A DNA stretch of 64,000 nucleotides from Narcine bancroftii (lineage: Eukaryota). The stretch is taken from assembly GCF_036971445.1 (NCBI RefSeq), contig NC_091471.1, positions 200,694,001 through 200,758,000 on the forward strand. Direction: 5' to 3'. The notes below the pieces were generated by a model. The model made no database searches, had not been told where the DNA came from, and worked only from the letters and a program-made list of their open reading frames with translations. Below are positions 50,634-64,000 of this stretch, piece by piece. The translations under genes and the position numbers were made by a program. Position 1 is the stretch's first letter. Every line of letters begins with the position of its first letter.

Positions 50634-51596
50634 TGTGATGGATTATATTTTATATATGATATGCCTTTAAAAGAGATAGATTGTGGAGGTTTAGTGTGTA
50701 GGCCTCTTAACAAACAGATGGTAACACTTCACAAAAAAGATCTCATTTAAAATGGTAGTTTTGCTGAAAGTGAGAGTTTGAGGCACCAAGTGCCTTTGCA
50801 AAGACAATTAAAAACTGCTTTGGGAAAGAACTTCAAAAGAAGGTGCAAATGGAACAGAATGTTGATCCGGCAGAGGCTGATAAGATCTTTCAAAGACTGG
50901 GTCTGGAGCCTTAGGAGGGGTTCTGGTTTTTCGCAAACACAGAGAGGAAAAAAACATGTGATGAGAGAGCGAGAGAGAGAGAGAGAGAGAGAGAGAAAAT
51001 ACAGAGAGAAAATACAGTTGACCAGTGGCTTTTGTAGGCTACAACATAACAAGTGGCGGCTATTGAAAACCCCATTTTAGAAGACAGGTTGTGAGTTCTG
51101 AGTTCAGCCTGTGAAAACCCATGTGGTCCTTACAAGAAGAAATAGCTGGCTAGAGTGTTTCACCTGAAATAAAGAAAACAAATGGAACCTGTGGTGAGCT
51201 GGAAGTGGCTGATCAGAGGAAATCAGTTTGTGTATGTCAAACGAGCAACAAATCTCTCTCTGAAACCAACATGAACCAATTAACTTTAAGCATGAAAACT
51301 CATAAATGTTAAATTCTGTGTACAGTATAAGAATTACCTGATACCGGTGAACTTGGAGGAGAGAGAAGTGAGATTGGACTGTGAATCAAAGAACTTCCCT
51401 GAACATATACACATTACGTACATGTGCACTTAGAATTAGAAGGGAGTTATGTTAGGTTAAGTTAATAGTAATAAGTTAAAGTTTGATCCTGTGTTTATGT
51501 TTAAAGAAAATTAAAAGCAACTTATGTTTCAAGTAATCATTTGTCTTGGTGAATTTTTATTGCTGCTGTGTTTTGGGGTCGTCTGGGCTCATAACA
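50634..51596 (+). mobile_element. Solo LTR (963 bp), TSD CAGT
   Basis: TGTGATG...CATAACA; CAGT on both sides; internal (GA)n; homologous to 57101-58113 and 61327-62070. Confidence 0.88.
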
Positions 51597-52499
51597 CAGT
51601 AAATGGATTGGATTTCATCAGTAGTGATTCTGATGTCATATCGTTGAAATAACCAAGCCATTGTGAGGGGAGGAAAGTTTAGAGAGACATCAGGGGTAAG
51701 TGTGGTTTTTTTTTTTTACACACGGAGTTGTGGGTGCCTGGAAATCCTTGCCAGGGGTGGTGGTGGAGGTTTAAACATTTGGAACATTTAAGAGTCTCAG
51801 ATAGACACAAAGATGAAAGAATAAGAGGGAAGTAATGTAGGAAGAGTTTAGATCTTTTTTCGTAGGAATATATAGTTCGGCACAACATCAAGGGCTGAAG
51901 GGCTTGTACTGTGCAGTAGTGTTCCATATTAATTCCTCATACTTGATGGTAGTTTCAATATTTTAACATATAATTTTTGGGAAAAAAAAATTAAAATTTG
52001 ATTGCAAGGCAACGTCGTTGCCAGGAATACTTCTGACACAGTCCCAGCGAATGTTGGATTAATTCACCATGTGGCAAAATATCAGGAATTGAGCATCGGG
52101 AGTCTCAGCAAATTTTTGATAATTTCCTGTTTCACAATGCCCTTTTTTTTAAACTGTGGCTCGGCAATTATTCTCAATGGACCTGAAAATGTGAATCAGT
52201 TGAGGAAGATAACTAAAAATATTTTTTGAGATAAAAAAATAATCTTGCCTAAACCATGAAGGTGCAAAGAAGCCAAGGTTTTTAAGAGTGTTTCTGGGAA
52301 AAGCTTAAATGAGAACAAGCTTCACTATTGCAATCTTGGATGGCCTTTCCTGAACCCAACACACTATTGTCATTGTGAAGAAAGCTCCTCGGTGCCTCTA
52401 TTTCCTCAGGAGTTGAGAAGGTTTGATATGATATCGAAAACCTTGGCAAACTTCTGCAAATGTGTAGTGGAAAGTATGCTGACCGTTAGGTCAAGATTT

Positions 52500-52730
52500 T
52501 ATTTTGACATACAGCATGGTAACAGATCATTTCGGCCCATGAGTCAGTGCAGCCCAATTTACACCCCCCGGAACGTTTGAACGGTGGGAGGAAATCGGAG
52601 GCCCCAAGAAAACCCACACAGTCACAGGAAGAACGTACGCACTCTTTACAGACTGTGCTGGTTTTGAACCTCGGTCCAGGCTGATTGCTGGCGTAGTAAA
52701 GGGGTTGTGCTAACCGCTATGCTAACCCGA
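52500..52730 (-). mobile_element. tRNA-derived SINE
   Basis: Same family as 21455-21703. Confidence 0.7.
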
Positions 52731-52739
52731 TGGAACAGC

Positions 52740-53560
52740 AGACACACAAAGAATACATATGCAAGACAGGGATTCATCTATACAAATAAATAAATAAATG
52801 CTATTTCTGAATACATGAGTCTCGGATGATTAGTGTAAGCAATTCCTTTGGTCATTCAGCATTCACAGTGCCCGTGGGAGAAGCTGTTCCTCAGCCTGGT
52901 GGTGCTGGATCTGATATTCCTGTATCCTTTCTCCGACGGAGCAGTTGAAAGATGCTCCGTGCAAAGTGGAAGGAGTCATCCATGATTTTGCACACCCTCA
53001 TCAAACAACAATCCTGGTAATCATGTCCATGGGTTGGGAGGGGTGGTGATCTCCAATGATCCTCTCTGCCTATCTTGATGTCCTGCAGATTGATCGCCAA
53101 TCCATATCTCTGCTGCAACGTACCCCACTGTGATGCAGCCGCCCAAGATGCTCCTGATAGAGCTCCTATAGAAGGATGACATAATGGTGGCTGGTAGCCT
53201 TGCTGACTTCAGTCTTCTCAGGAAGAGCAGTCGCTGAGGTTTCCTTCCGGACAAGAAAGGATATATGTGTCCATGATAGGTCACTAGTTAAGTGAACTCC
53301 AAGGAACTTGGTTCTCCCTACTCTCTTGACTACAGATTTGATGATGTGCAGCAGAGGGTGGTGGTTCCTGAAGCTCCAACAGTGTCAACGAGTTTGCAGA
53401 TACCAACTACTGTTGCATCATTTGCAAACTCGTTGACACTGCTGGAGTTGGATCTGGTGACACAGTCACGGGTCAGTAGCATGAACAGGAGCAGGCTAAA
53501 CAGACAGCCCTGAGGTGCACCAGTGTTCAGCTTAATGGTACTCAACATTCTGCTACTGTC
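52740..53560 (-). mobile_element. Rex1/Babar-related LINE fragment
   Basis: LNTGAPQGCLFSLLLFMLLTRDC...FANDATVVG motif. Confidence 0.8.
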
Positions 53561-53589
53561 TTAACCTGGACAGCAATGGTGCATTCATC

Positions 53590-54700
53590 AGGTTGCTCTT
53601 TGTCGACAACAGTTCGGCATCTAACACCATCATCACCTCAAAACTAACCAGCAAACTCCAAGACCTCCAACACCCCACTGTGTAATTGGATCCTGGATTT
53701 CCTCATCTCCAGACCACAATCTGTGAGGATTGGTAAGAACATCTCCTCCACAATCTTCCTTCTGTATTGGAGCACCACATAGCCCTCTGCTCTACTCTAC
53801 ACCTATGACTGTGTGGTTTGACGTAACAATAATACAATCTACATATTTGCTGACAATGCCACAGTAGTGGGTTGTATAAGGAACGATGTTGAGTCAGCAT
53901 AGAGTTGGGAGGTTGAAAACTTGGTTGAATGGTGCACCTTTCACTCAAGGTTACCAAACCAAGGAGCTGATTGACGACTTCAGGAAAGAAAAAGCAGAGG
54001 GGTACGATCCAGTGATCATTAGGGGAATCAGAGGTGGGGAGGGTGAGCAACATTTAAGTTCTCAGGACTCCCTACCTTTGAGGATCTTTCCTGGACCCAA
54101 CACACCAATGGCAATCATGAAGAAAGCAAGTTAGCAGCTCTACTTCCTCAGGAGTTTACGGAGGTTTGGTATGATGCCAGAAACCCAGGCAAATTTCTAC
54201 AGATTTATGGTGGAAATTGTGCTGACCGGCTGCATCACAGTCTGTTGTGTGGCCACCAATACCCCTGAGCATAAGGCCCTCCAAAAGGTAGTAGACACAG
54301 CCCAGGACATCACAAGCGAAACACTCCCTACTATCGAGAACATCTACAGAGAACACTGCCGTTGGAGAGCAGCAGCGATCATCAAGGATCCCCACCAACC
54401 AGTGCACAATCTTTTCTTGCTGCTGCCATCAGGGAAGAGGTAGAGGTGCCACCACCAGGTTCAGGAACAGCTGCTAACCCTCCACCATCAGACTCCTCAA
54501 CGACAAACTTGTGCACTTTATTTATTTTTTAAATTCTCTCTGCATTGCACATTCAGCTAGTTTACATTTGTTACCTGTTTATAGTTCTTTATTTGTTTAT
54601 ATGCATCTGTTGTTTAGTTTTTTTTCTTCCCACCACTACCAATTAATGGAAATTATGCCTCACCCTCAGAGAAAAGTATGTACTCTGACAATAAATCTGA
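53590..54700 (+). mobile_element. Rex1/Babar LINE fragment
   Basis: [17 protein letters not shown] and NFYRFMVEIVLTGCIT...AAAIIKDPH motifs. Confidence 0.82.
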
Positions 54701-56357
54701 AACCTGAATATGATGTAGGTGGTCAGCACACTTTCCACTATACACCTGTAGAGGTTTGCCAAGGTTTTCAATGTCATAACACAAATCTCCGCAAACTCCT
54801 GCAGAACAGAGGTGCTGACATGTGACAGTGTGTTGGATTCAAGGAAGGTCATCCAAGATGGTGATAGTGAACAATTGATTCTTCTACTTAAGCTTTTTTC
54901 TAGAAACACTACAAAAACTTTGCCTTCTTTGCACCTTCATGGTTTGGACAAGATTATATGTCATTTTTAACCTCAAAAAATATTTTTACTCATCTTCCTC
55001 AAGTGATTGCCTTCTATTCACACTTTTGTCTTACGCTTCTTTTTTCGACTTGCTATATAATTTTTTAAAAATCCTGAAATAGCATTTATTATTTGTGATA
55101 TTTCTCATAGTATCATGAAGAAAAATATAAGACATGGTGGAACCTCTGGAATAATGTACATGTTGAAGCATATTCAATGGAAGCAATGCAGGATTAAATA
55201 ATCAAAACGAAGTGATGGATCCTGGACAACTCTGTCACTCATCAAAATAAGATCAGAAAGATGAATCATAAGTAATAAGTAAAAACTGCTTGAAAAAGGA
55301 TCTAAGTGAAAGTTCCCATTAGTCTGTGCACCCTGAAGTAAACTGATTATATGGGTGATGTATAAAAATAAGAAAAAATGTTCCACCATATAGCAGTGAT
55401 TTATTTTAATGAATATTAATGACAATAAACTATCTTGGAAGCTAGTTGAATGATAATTTAACTCTGAAGGATAGCTATAAACTTTACCAAATGAAATTAC
55501 AAAGGGGCTTGGGCCAGAAATTGTGTCTCTTTTCTATTGATGCTAAATTGCATGCTTTGTGATACGAATTCACATTGCACTTCACAAATAAAACAAATCA
55601 TGGAGTATCTGTGAATCACATATTACACTGTATGACTGCAGAACTCTGCAATTTTTAAAAAATGGAAAAGTAGGAACAAGTCAATGTTTTAGGGCTTGGA
55701 AAAATGTTGCATTTAATAAATCTGTAATTGATTTCAGAAGTATAAATTCACATTTAAAATTATGTGTAAGCGTTTGTTTCAGATTGGAAAACAAGCTGAA
55801 ATGAAATACAGTAAAATCCCCATTACGTGGAATTCAATCAACTGGAAACACAAACGACTGGCACAAAAAAGAAATAAATAAATAAATGTCTTTGAAATCG
55901 ATAAGAATAAACAAATTTTTAATAAAAGTTTAAAATTATGAAGGGTAAATTTTCTCCAAACATATAACCTCTTTGGAGCAAATATTCTGCTCGAGCAGAG
56001 CCCAGTCGTACCCTGCTCACAGTAGATATTTGAATAAAATTTTAATAAAGTTGTATTTGAATAACATGGCAGCACCCAGGATGAAGAGCCAGTGGATGCC
56101 GCTCGACAGTGGGGTGATTCTCCCTAAGTGTCTCCCTATCACTACCTAGAAAGAGTTTACATCTTTATTAGTATTTGGTATATTAGTAAGGTTTTATCTG
56201 TAAACTTAGGGGAGGGGCTTAATTATGATGGCAACAGGTTTACCACAGTGACTAGAACACCACTGTTACACCACCAGCGACCGTGGTTTGAATACAAACT
56301 TAAATTTTGTAAGTTACAGGATTTATTTGATTACATAATTAAAGACAACTTATTTTA

Positions 56358-56719
56358 TAGTGAAACCTCGTTGGAACGTGATTCGTTAATCTGCGGAATC
56401 GCTTATAACGCGGATGTCTGTGGACCCCAAACTGGTATGGGGCGGGCTGATGACAATCATCCGGCGACCCAACTGCCCACACCTGACAGCCCCCCTCCCC
56501 GCTGCCCCTGGCGCGGGACGTCGGGGCAGCCGCCATGGGACTTCAGGGCCACCTCCTGCCCCGACGTCCCGCTGTGGCTGTCCCTGCCATGACGTCCCAC
56601 TATGGCTGTCCCTGCCCTGACGTCCCGCGCCAGCCACCCCTGCATCTGTTTCGAAACTCGGCTGTAACGTGGTATGAAATCTTGGACCCAAACTATCGCA
56701 TTCTAATGAGGTTTTACTG
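56358..56719. mobile_element. Tc1/mariner (pogo-like) MITE with GC-rich core
   Basis: TA|TAGTGAAACCTCGTTGGAACG...CATTCTAATGAGGTTTTACTG|TA; internal ~28-bp GACGTCCC repeats. Confidence 0.8.
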
Positions 56720-57100
56720 TATTTCAAATTATTTTACATTTTGCACTGTGTTTTGTCTTTCCAATGGTGAATTCGTAATGTAGGTGTATTAGTTAGGTGT
56801 TGGAAGAGCGAGTCTCAGTCAACCAGATCTGCGATCCCATAGGTGCCAGATATTTACTACAAGTATAAATGATTAAAGGTTGACATATGGCAGTGCAAAT
56901 TATGGACCTAAGCACCTGGATGTCCATGTACGTGAGTCATTGAAAGGCAACATGCAAAGGCAGCAGGCAATTAAGGCAGCAAATATATGTTGGCTTTTAT
57001 TACAAGAACAGGAAGTAACAATGTCTTATTGAAATTATACACTGACATGTGAGAATTAAATATCACAAGAAAGAGTGCAGTGAACATTCAGACTTATTAC

Positions 57101-58113
57101 AGTGATACAGGGTATATTTTATATTATATATAAATATATTTTTAAAAGAAAGATTGTGGGGTTTTAATGTAGGTCACTTCTCAAATAGTAACAATTCACA
57201 AAAGAGATCTCATTTAAAATGCAACAGATTTGCTGAAACCCAGACATCCAGACTCCGAGGGCCTTTGCGAAGACAATGAAATTGCTTTGAAAGGAATTTT
57301 TTAAACCAGATGCAATTAAAACAGTCCACGCTCAGAGACTGATGTTTCAAAGATTGGATTCGGAGCCCTGCAAGGAGTTCTGGTTTTGAGAGAGAGAGAG
57401 AGAAAAGACCAAACAGGCTTTCTCTAAGAGTGAGATAGAATTCAGTTCAAGAGTTTTGCAGTGGCTTTTGGAGCCCACCACATGACAAGCTGGCAACTTG
57501 CTAAAAACCCCATTTTGAAGATGGGTTGTGGGTTCTGAGTTCAACCTGTTGAAATCCCTTGTAGTCCTTATAAGAGGAAATGGCTGGCTAGAGTGTTTCT
57601 CCTGAAATAAGGGAAACAAGAGGAACTCTGTGGTGACCTGGAAGGAGAGGTTATCATTTGGAAAGCCCATGATGGGGCAAGTTTCTTTAGCAAGACACTG
57701 AAGAGGCTGATAAGAGAGAATCAGTTTGTGTGTGTCCAATGAGCAACAAATATCTCTCTGAAACCAATAAGAACCTTCCTAAGTGGTAACCAATTACCTT
57801 TAAGCACCAAAGCTTGGTGAAACTTCATAAATTCTGTGCACCGTATAAGAATTGCCCAATACCAGTGAACTTGGAAGAATGAGAAGTCAAATTGAACTGT
57901 GAACCAAAGAACTTTCCTGAACATATACACATTACATACACGTGCGCTTAGAATTAGAAGGGGGTTTAGTTAGGTTAAGTTAATAGTAATAAGTTAAAGT
58001 TTGATCCTGTTTTTATGTTTAAAGAAAATCAAAAGCAACTCTTGTTTAAGTAACCATTTGTCTTGGTGAATTTCTATTGTTGCTGGGATTTGGGGTCCTC
58101 TGGACTCATAACA
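57101..58113 (+). mobile_element. Solo LTR, same family as 50634-51596
   Basis: Collinear along its length and ends CTCATAACA; the 5' boundary is approximate and no TSD was seen. Confidence 0.8.
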
Positions 58114-58849
58114 ACTGGATGACAATTTCCTTTAGAGATCATGAATATAAGCCTCAACTTCTCTACAGTTCAGAAGAACGAGATCACACTGAATCTTTGT
58201 TTCAAAGAACAAAGCTCTTTGAAGAAGACATGATGGGCTGGCTACAATGAGAATGTTTCCCTGACTGAGAAGTCTACTACAAGAGGTCTCCGACTCAGAA
58301 TAAGGGACAAGACTTAAAGGAATGACATGAGGAGAAATTGCTTCATGCACAGGGTACCAAATCTTTGATTTTCTCAAACAAGTGAGCTATGGGAAAGCTC
58401 ATTTCTTGACCATTCAAAACAGATAACTATGTATTTTTTGAGATTAAGAAATACAAGAAATATGATAATAGTGCAAGAAAATGGCATTTAGGTAGAAGAC
58501 CAGGCAAGATATTGATGAACACAAGAGCAGCTAAATGGCTTACTTTTTTTCCCATTGTGTATACTTTTATTTACTACATGTGCTATCTGGTACATGCCAG
58601 ATATGACAGGTGCTGGTTAACTAAATATACCAGTAAATAAAGAATCAATGAGCACTACCTCAGTTCTCCTTTCTATCAGCCTAGCCAAGGACATCAGGTG
58701 TTTATTAAATAAAACCATGCACTTGAAAGGAAATTTAACTCATTTATCTTAGATATTAACAAATTAGACATTTTGTTCAATCTCAGATTCCTGATTTTCC
58801 TGGGACTGCCAAGGTGAATATTCTTGATATATTTTTTGAACCATATAAA

Positions 58850-60350
58850 AGCTTAATATCTTTTATTTATGACAAAAAAAATTGGCCGATTTAAGAACAC
58901 CTGGGATCAGCATTTGAACCTTTCAATCTCCAAGTTTGGATTTCTATTTTTAAATTAATTAACACTACATCCCTTGGTGCATTGTCTGCTGAAATTTAAA
59001 GTGGTTCAGAGCACATTTGTCTAAACTAAAACTGTTTCATTTTTACTCAGACATAAATCCCAATGTGATAAATGTAAAACAGCCTAATTCATGTCTTGGA
59101 CCTGCCCTAGCTTAGAAAATTGTTGGAAGGAAATTTTTCAAACATTATCGGTGATTTTAAATTTAAAATGGGAACCTAGCCCTTTAATTGCTCTTTTTGG
59201 AACATTCCGCGAAGTTGATGTGTTACTCTGTGTTTCAATGCCACATTTTATCTTTTATTTCATTGATGGTCAGACGTGCAATTTTGATTAATTGGAAAGA
59301 TAATACTCCACCCACACATGTACAATGGCTAAGGGATATTATGCCTTGTTTAAACTTGGAAAACATTAGATATGCAGTTAATAACTCAAATAATAATTTT
59401 TTTAAGGATTGGGGTTTGTTCTTGGACTACTATCGAAAGATTTCATGTTAAACTAGAATTTTGGAATTGCGCTGACCCTCTCTAAGAATATGCCATCTGG
59501 ATTTATTAATGTTAATCTTCAACCTTACTTAGGGGAAGAGATATTACAATTTTTTTGTTTCTTTTTTTTGTTATGTACTATTTCAGTGTATTGAGTGTGC
59601 TTTGGAACTTGTACTCATCTTCTCTGACCTTGAGGCACACTTCTCCAAAGGAATACAACTTTGAATTTCTGGATTCCATCTCTCCTTACCTAAATATGCA
59701 TCTGATTTCCAAGTCACTGCAAAACATTTTCCTGCCATCCCTAATGCTATTTTAATAAATTTCACTTGATAAAATTATAATTTTAATTTAGGTCTTGTTC
59801 CTTCTATATTTCCCAATAAAAATAAGTCTGGATTGTTCTAAAAATATTTTCTTAGTTCACCCAAAAAGACCTAACTTTAGAACATGACCAGGTAGAATGT
59901 TAAAAAAGTTCCTGTCTCTTCACCATGTCTAAAACATTTATCTGATAAATCTGATTTCATTTTATTCAATTTTTGCAGCATTAAATATAATTGATGTAGA
60001 TAATTATATTGAACTAATCTATACCTTACATTTATAGAATTTGTCATACAACCCCCCACAAAGATCTGACCACTTTTCTCATCTATTGTAATATTTAGAT
60101 CTGCCTCCAATTTCTGTCTAGATTTATGAACTCCCCGTTTAAGAGTGCCTGCTTGTAATAAACAGTACACTGCAGAGAAAAAAAATCTTAGTATTACCTC
60201 TCCTAATAATAATTTCCAACTCACTACAAGCCAGTAAAAACATAATTGGACGTAACTTTTCCCACAGATATCCTCTCAATTGAAGACAGCAAAAAAAGTG
60301 TATTCTGAGTTATTCCATATTTATTCCTTAATTGTTGAAATGACATCAAT
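58850..60350. mobile_element. Two L1/Tx1-type ORF2 C-terminal fragments, tail-to-tail (+ 58850-59460; - 59560-60350)
   Basis: MSWTCPSLENCWKEIF...RRAILINWK (+); RLVQYNYLHQLYL...CFR.GEETGTF and AVTWKS (-). Confidence 0.7.
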
Positions 60351-60854
60351 TGACCTTGTTCAATTTTAGGAAATTGTTAATTGCCGATAGAGGAACTACA
60401 TTTTCAAACTTGGCTATCTGTAATTCTAGAAGTGCCCATAATCATCTTCATTCCTGGTTGATGATCCAAATTCCTCATCAAATGCCAAATTGGATCGCTT
60501 GCTCTGTCACTGAAGGTTTGAATTTATCTACTCTGGCATATGCATCACACAAATGCAGTAACAGCAATCTAGACCCACTGAGATTTGTCAGTATAGCTAT
60601 GTTGTCAAGAAGTCTCTGAATGAGAGAGATCTGGAATGGAAGGAACAAAATTTGAAGCAACTGCCTCAGATATTGAAATAGGAGGATATTTATGCATTTT
60701 AGAAGAGGGTAAAGCCAGCTGCCAGATTACTCTATGGAGCAGGGGTAAATGTGGAAATGAAGCTGAAGCCCACCCTAAAAAATAGAAGATAGTTTTTTTT
60801 TTAATTAGATAATCCCTGAGAAGAACCTGGCAGAAGTAACCTTTATATACTGTA

Positions 60855-62194
60855 CAAGCAGGATACCTGGCGCTGCCCAGGAAATAAAAATCTCAGACTT
60901 GGCATTGTTCCTCAGTTTCCTGTTGCCTGCTCCTTGTTTGTCTGGAGGTTTAAGCACTGAGGACAACCTGGTGTTGCCGTTCTGATTCCCGCTGCCTCCG
61001 GAGGTCTGAGCACTGAGATGGGCATAACACTGCCATGCTATTTCCTGCTTGCCTGCTCCTTGCATGTCTGGAAGCATCAACAGTGAGGCAAGACTGATGT
61101 TCCTCTGCTGTCTCCTGCTTTCTCTTTTATCTAAATCTACGGGCTTGTGAAGAGCTTCTTCCGAGGTTGCTTCACTTTTTTGGGCCCACAATGAACTCAG
61201 TCGGGCCACTTGTTTTTATTCTGAATGTACAGTGATGCACAGCACTGTAACTAATTGAGGTATCCTTGGTGCAAGTTCAATTTTCATTTGAATTTAACTT
61301 TTATGGTCATATGAAGTTCAAAGTGGTGCTACGGAGTCCAGAGGACCCTAAAAACCAGCAGCAATAGATATGCACCATAACACAGGGTTACTTAAACAAA
61401 AGTAGTTTTTAATTATATTTGTACAAGAAAACAGAATTAAACAACTTTAACTTCTTACTTAACCTACCTAACCTACTTAATTCCCCCTCTAATACTAAGT
61501 GCAGGTGTCTGTAATGTGTGTGCAAGCTTAGAAAAGTTATTTGGATCACAGTTCAATCTCACTGGTTGCAGGAAATTCTTGTACTGCACACAGAAGTTAG
61601 CATTAACAAAGTTCACCAGTCTTTGGTGCTTAACAGGCAAATGGATCTTGTTGGTCTTCAGAGAGAGATTCCTTTTGTTCCAGGTCATCTGCATCTGATT
61701 CCTGCTTAATCAGTCTTGCTGATGAAACTTACCCCCTTCAGGGTTCTCCAGATGATCTTCCTTCTTTCAGGTCACCTTTCAGACAGACAGCCTTCTCCTT
61801 TGACCAGACAGTCTTCCAAAAGTTTGCCAGCTTTGTCCTTCTGGAACTGATTTGTTTCCTCTCTCTGTTTCACACCCTCCCTCTCTGAGAGCAAAACTGT
61901 TCTGTCTGCCTGCAAAAATCACATGCTCTCCCAGGCAAGCTTTATGTTGATACCTTGCTGCCCTTTTGCAAAAGCACTCTGTAAAAGTCCTGCAAAAATT
62001 CTGTGTTTTAAAATGTGTATGTGCAAGCTGCTCTAGATTCCTCCCAAGCCACCTCTAAATATCTGTCATAGTGGTCTTGATATTCAGCATCAAATGTTAC
62101 CCCTACTGAACCGCCTTGGACATTTCTAGAGTGCTCCATAGCGATTTTCATGGAAAACAGACAGTGAGACATACTTACACAAATATATATTAGA
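60855..62194 (-). mobile_element. Second non-autonomous Helitron copy, with nested LTR
   Basis: Reverse complement reads A|TCTAATATATA...CCTGGGCAGCGCCAGGTATCCTGCTTG|T; interior matches 37804-37950 and 39080-39569. Confidence 0.78.
61327..62070 (-). mobile_element. Solo LTR (744 bp), diverged subfamily of the 50634 family, TSD GTGG
   Basis: GTGG at 61323-61326 and 62071-62074; its 3' half matches the other copies (ctattgctgctgg...gggtcctctggactc). Confidence 0.85.
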
Positions 62195-64000
62195 TTATCA
62201 CGTCATATGTAGCGAGGGGGAGGCAGTCCGCTGGCCTTCCAGTCAAATGATGATCAATAAGTGACATGGAGTTTGCCTGAGGCCTGAAGTAATGTTAAAT
62301 CTGTCCCTCCTGACAACCACATGGGAAAGCAATGCCTCTCTCTTACTGGGTTGTATAAACTATGCATGATCATCATTCATCTTGATTTTTAGAACAACTT
62401 TGACAGACCAGTGAGGGGCTCAGCAGCTGTGGGAGACACACAGGCTGCAAGCTGTTCGATACTGACTCATAGGAACCAGGTATCGGAGCCAGAATTCAAG
62501 AGGGTGCTGAGCCCCCAAGAAGTCTCTTGAAGGACCTCAGGCGCTGAAGACTTCTTAATAATGTGGCAGGTTTTGATCTGGAGCTCAGGTTGTTAATGAA
62601 GCATGTGCAGTTCCAGAGGCTGCGGGAGTGTTGGATGCAAATTCATAGACACTAAGTGACTCTGAAGGGAATCTCTTTTGCTTCTTTTACTATCGTACTG
62701 TAAGGGGTGCCAGGCAATACTAATGGTGATTCTTTATCTGCCTTGAAGCAGGCAGAAGTTAAAAGTATATCAAGGAGGTTACATTTTTAATGTATTGTTA
62801 CATGAACAACACCTGCTGATGCACAATTGTCCCTTGCAGGTGACACACGATTGGTCCTCCAGGTGCCAATCAATGGTTAGATCTGCCCACAGGTGAGGCT
62901 GATATGCAATTGCTCCTCGCAGGTCAAGTGGACAAGGCCTACTTTGAAAAAGCAGCACAGGTTCACTCTCTCTCTTGTTCTGTTTTGTTGCTGGATGGAG
63001 ATCATCACTGAACACCAGGGTGCAGTTCTGTGAGAATCCTGAACTGTGGGTGATGCTAATGTCAATTATACTTAATTTACTGTTTAGTAGTGTGCTGTGC
63101 CTGCCAGATAGAAAGGGTTGGTGTATTTAATGGAACCTTGAACAACTCCAGTTCAATCCTTCATGAAGTGTGATCAGGACTGGATACATTACCATTATGG
63201 CCTAACTCATGTTATATGCAACATAACTATCCTGGTGAGAATATTTATAATTAGTGGAACTAAGCAAAAATTAGAAAATTACAAAAGGAGTGATCAAGCA
63301 AGTTTCCAAAAGGAATATGATGGATAATGCTAATATCATGAAAATGTTGAAGGCTTCACATTTTTCCTTCAAAACACAGTGACCAAGAAACTCACTATCT
63401 TAACAAATGGAAGCAAACCAAAACACCAACTGTTTTCTGACTGAAGTTATGGGATGAGTACTTGTCAGGGTAATTTGATGCAGGGTTTATTCATTCTATC
63501 CTCAAGCAAACAGAATATCCGAATTTGCAGACGCCACAAAATTGTGTGTGAAATTGACAATAATGCCGAGAAGCAGTCAGGCTGATTTAGAATTAATTTG
63601 ACAGAATAGGACAACAGATGTAGCTCCTTTAATTGCACAAAATGTGAGATAATGCCATCACCTAGAACAGACAATCCATTCTTCCAAATAATTAACTTTA
63701 CATGAATAAAAGCTCAGAAATGAAATATGACAATGTTAAAGTTGACAACAAACTGAAAGAGTGAAAACAGACGAAGTGAGCAGTCAAGAAAAATTAAACA
63801 AATTAGATGGGTCTGGCAGCCTTTTTTTTCCTGCAACATATTCCCCCCCTCCCATGCTTATTTACAACATAAAGCAGATGACACGCTTCTGTTAATTTGG
63901 CTTTATCAGTTGAAAACAAAGTGCAAGTTTGCTCCTATAGGTTGCTTTTAAAGGCCTTGAAAGGTGGGAGAATCTGTAAGATTCAATCATTTGTCAATGT

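Noticed and set aside
56386-56727. GC/CpG-rich patch as a CpG-island promoter or gene
   Set aside because: It lies within the TIRs of a Tc1/mariner MITE; the same applies to 41990-42200.
60350-60700. Possible upstream NAF1 exon or pseudogene fragment
   Set aside because: No frame I read resembles the expected ELP.VEEL...SIIEQL peptide; stops are frequent.

Overview
This is eukaryotic DNA, not prokaryotic. The mix of HE1-like tRNA-SINEs, CR1, Rex1/Babar, RTE and Penelope repeats suggests a cartilaginous fish such as a shark or ray (inference). The window lies inside the NAF1 gene (H/ACA RNP assembly factor) on the minus strand. Three phase-compatible GT-AG coding exons were read by hand at 50020-50102, 39928-40088 and 20650-20701; the ORF track does not contain them in frame. 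They are separated by introns of about 9.9 kb and 19.2 kb, and the neighbouring exons were not found in the window. Most of the remainder is decayed, often nested transposons: two CsRn1/Kabuki-type Gypsy proviruses with tRNA-Trp PBS, several solo LTRs with target-site duplications (TSDs), two copies of a non-autonomous Helitron, hAT and Tc1/mariner MITEs, and many LINE fragments. Most longer ORFs in the track are TE remnants or chance ORFs. No convincing new biological system is visible. The most unusual observations are short segments (52 and ~95-100 bp) duplicated about 2.2 kb away inside TE copies, a head-less non-coding retroposon family, a fold-back made of two SINE tails, and the Helitron nests. 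LINE and SINE boundaries are approximate; boundaries supported by a TSD were read directly.
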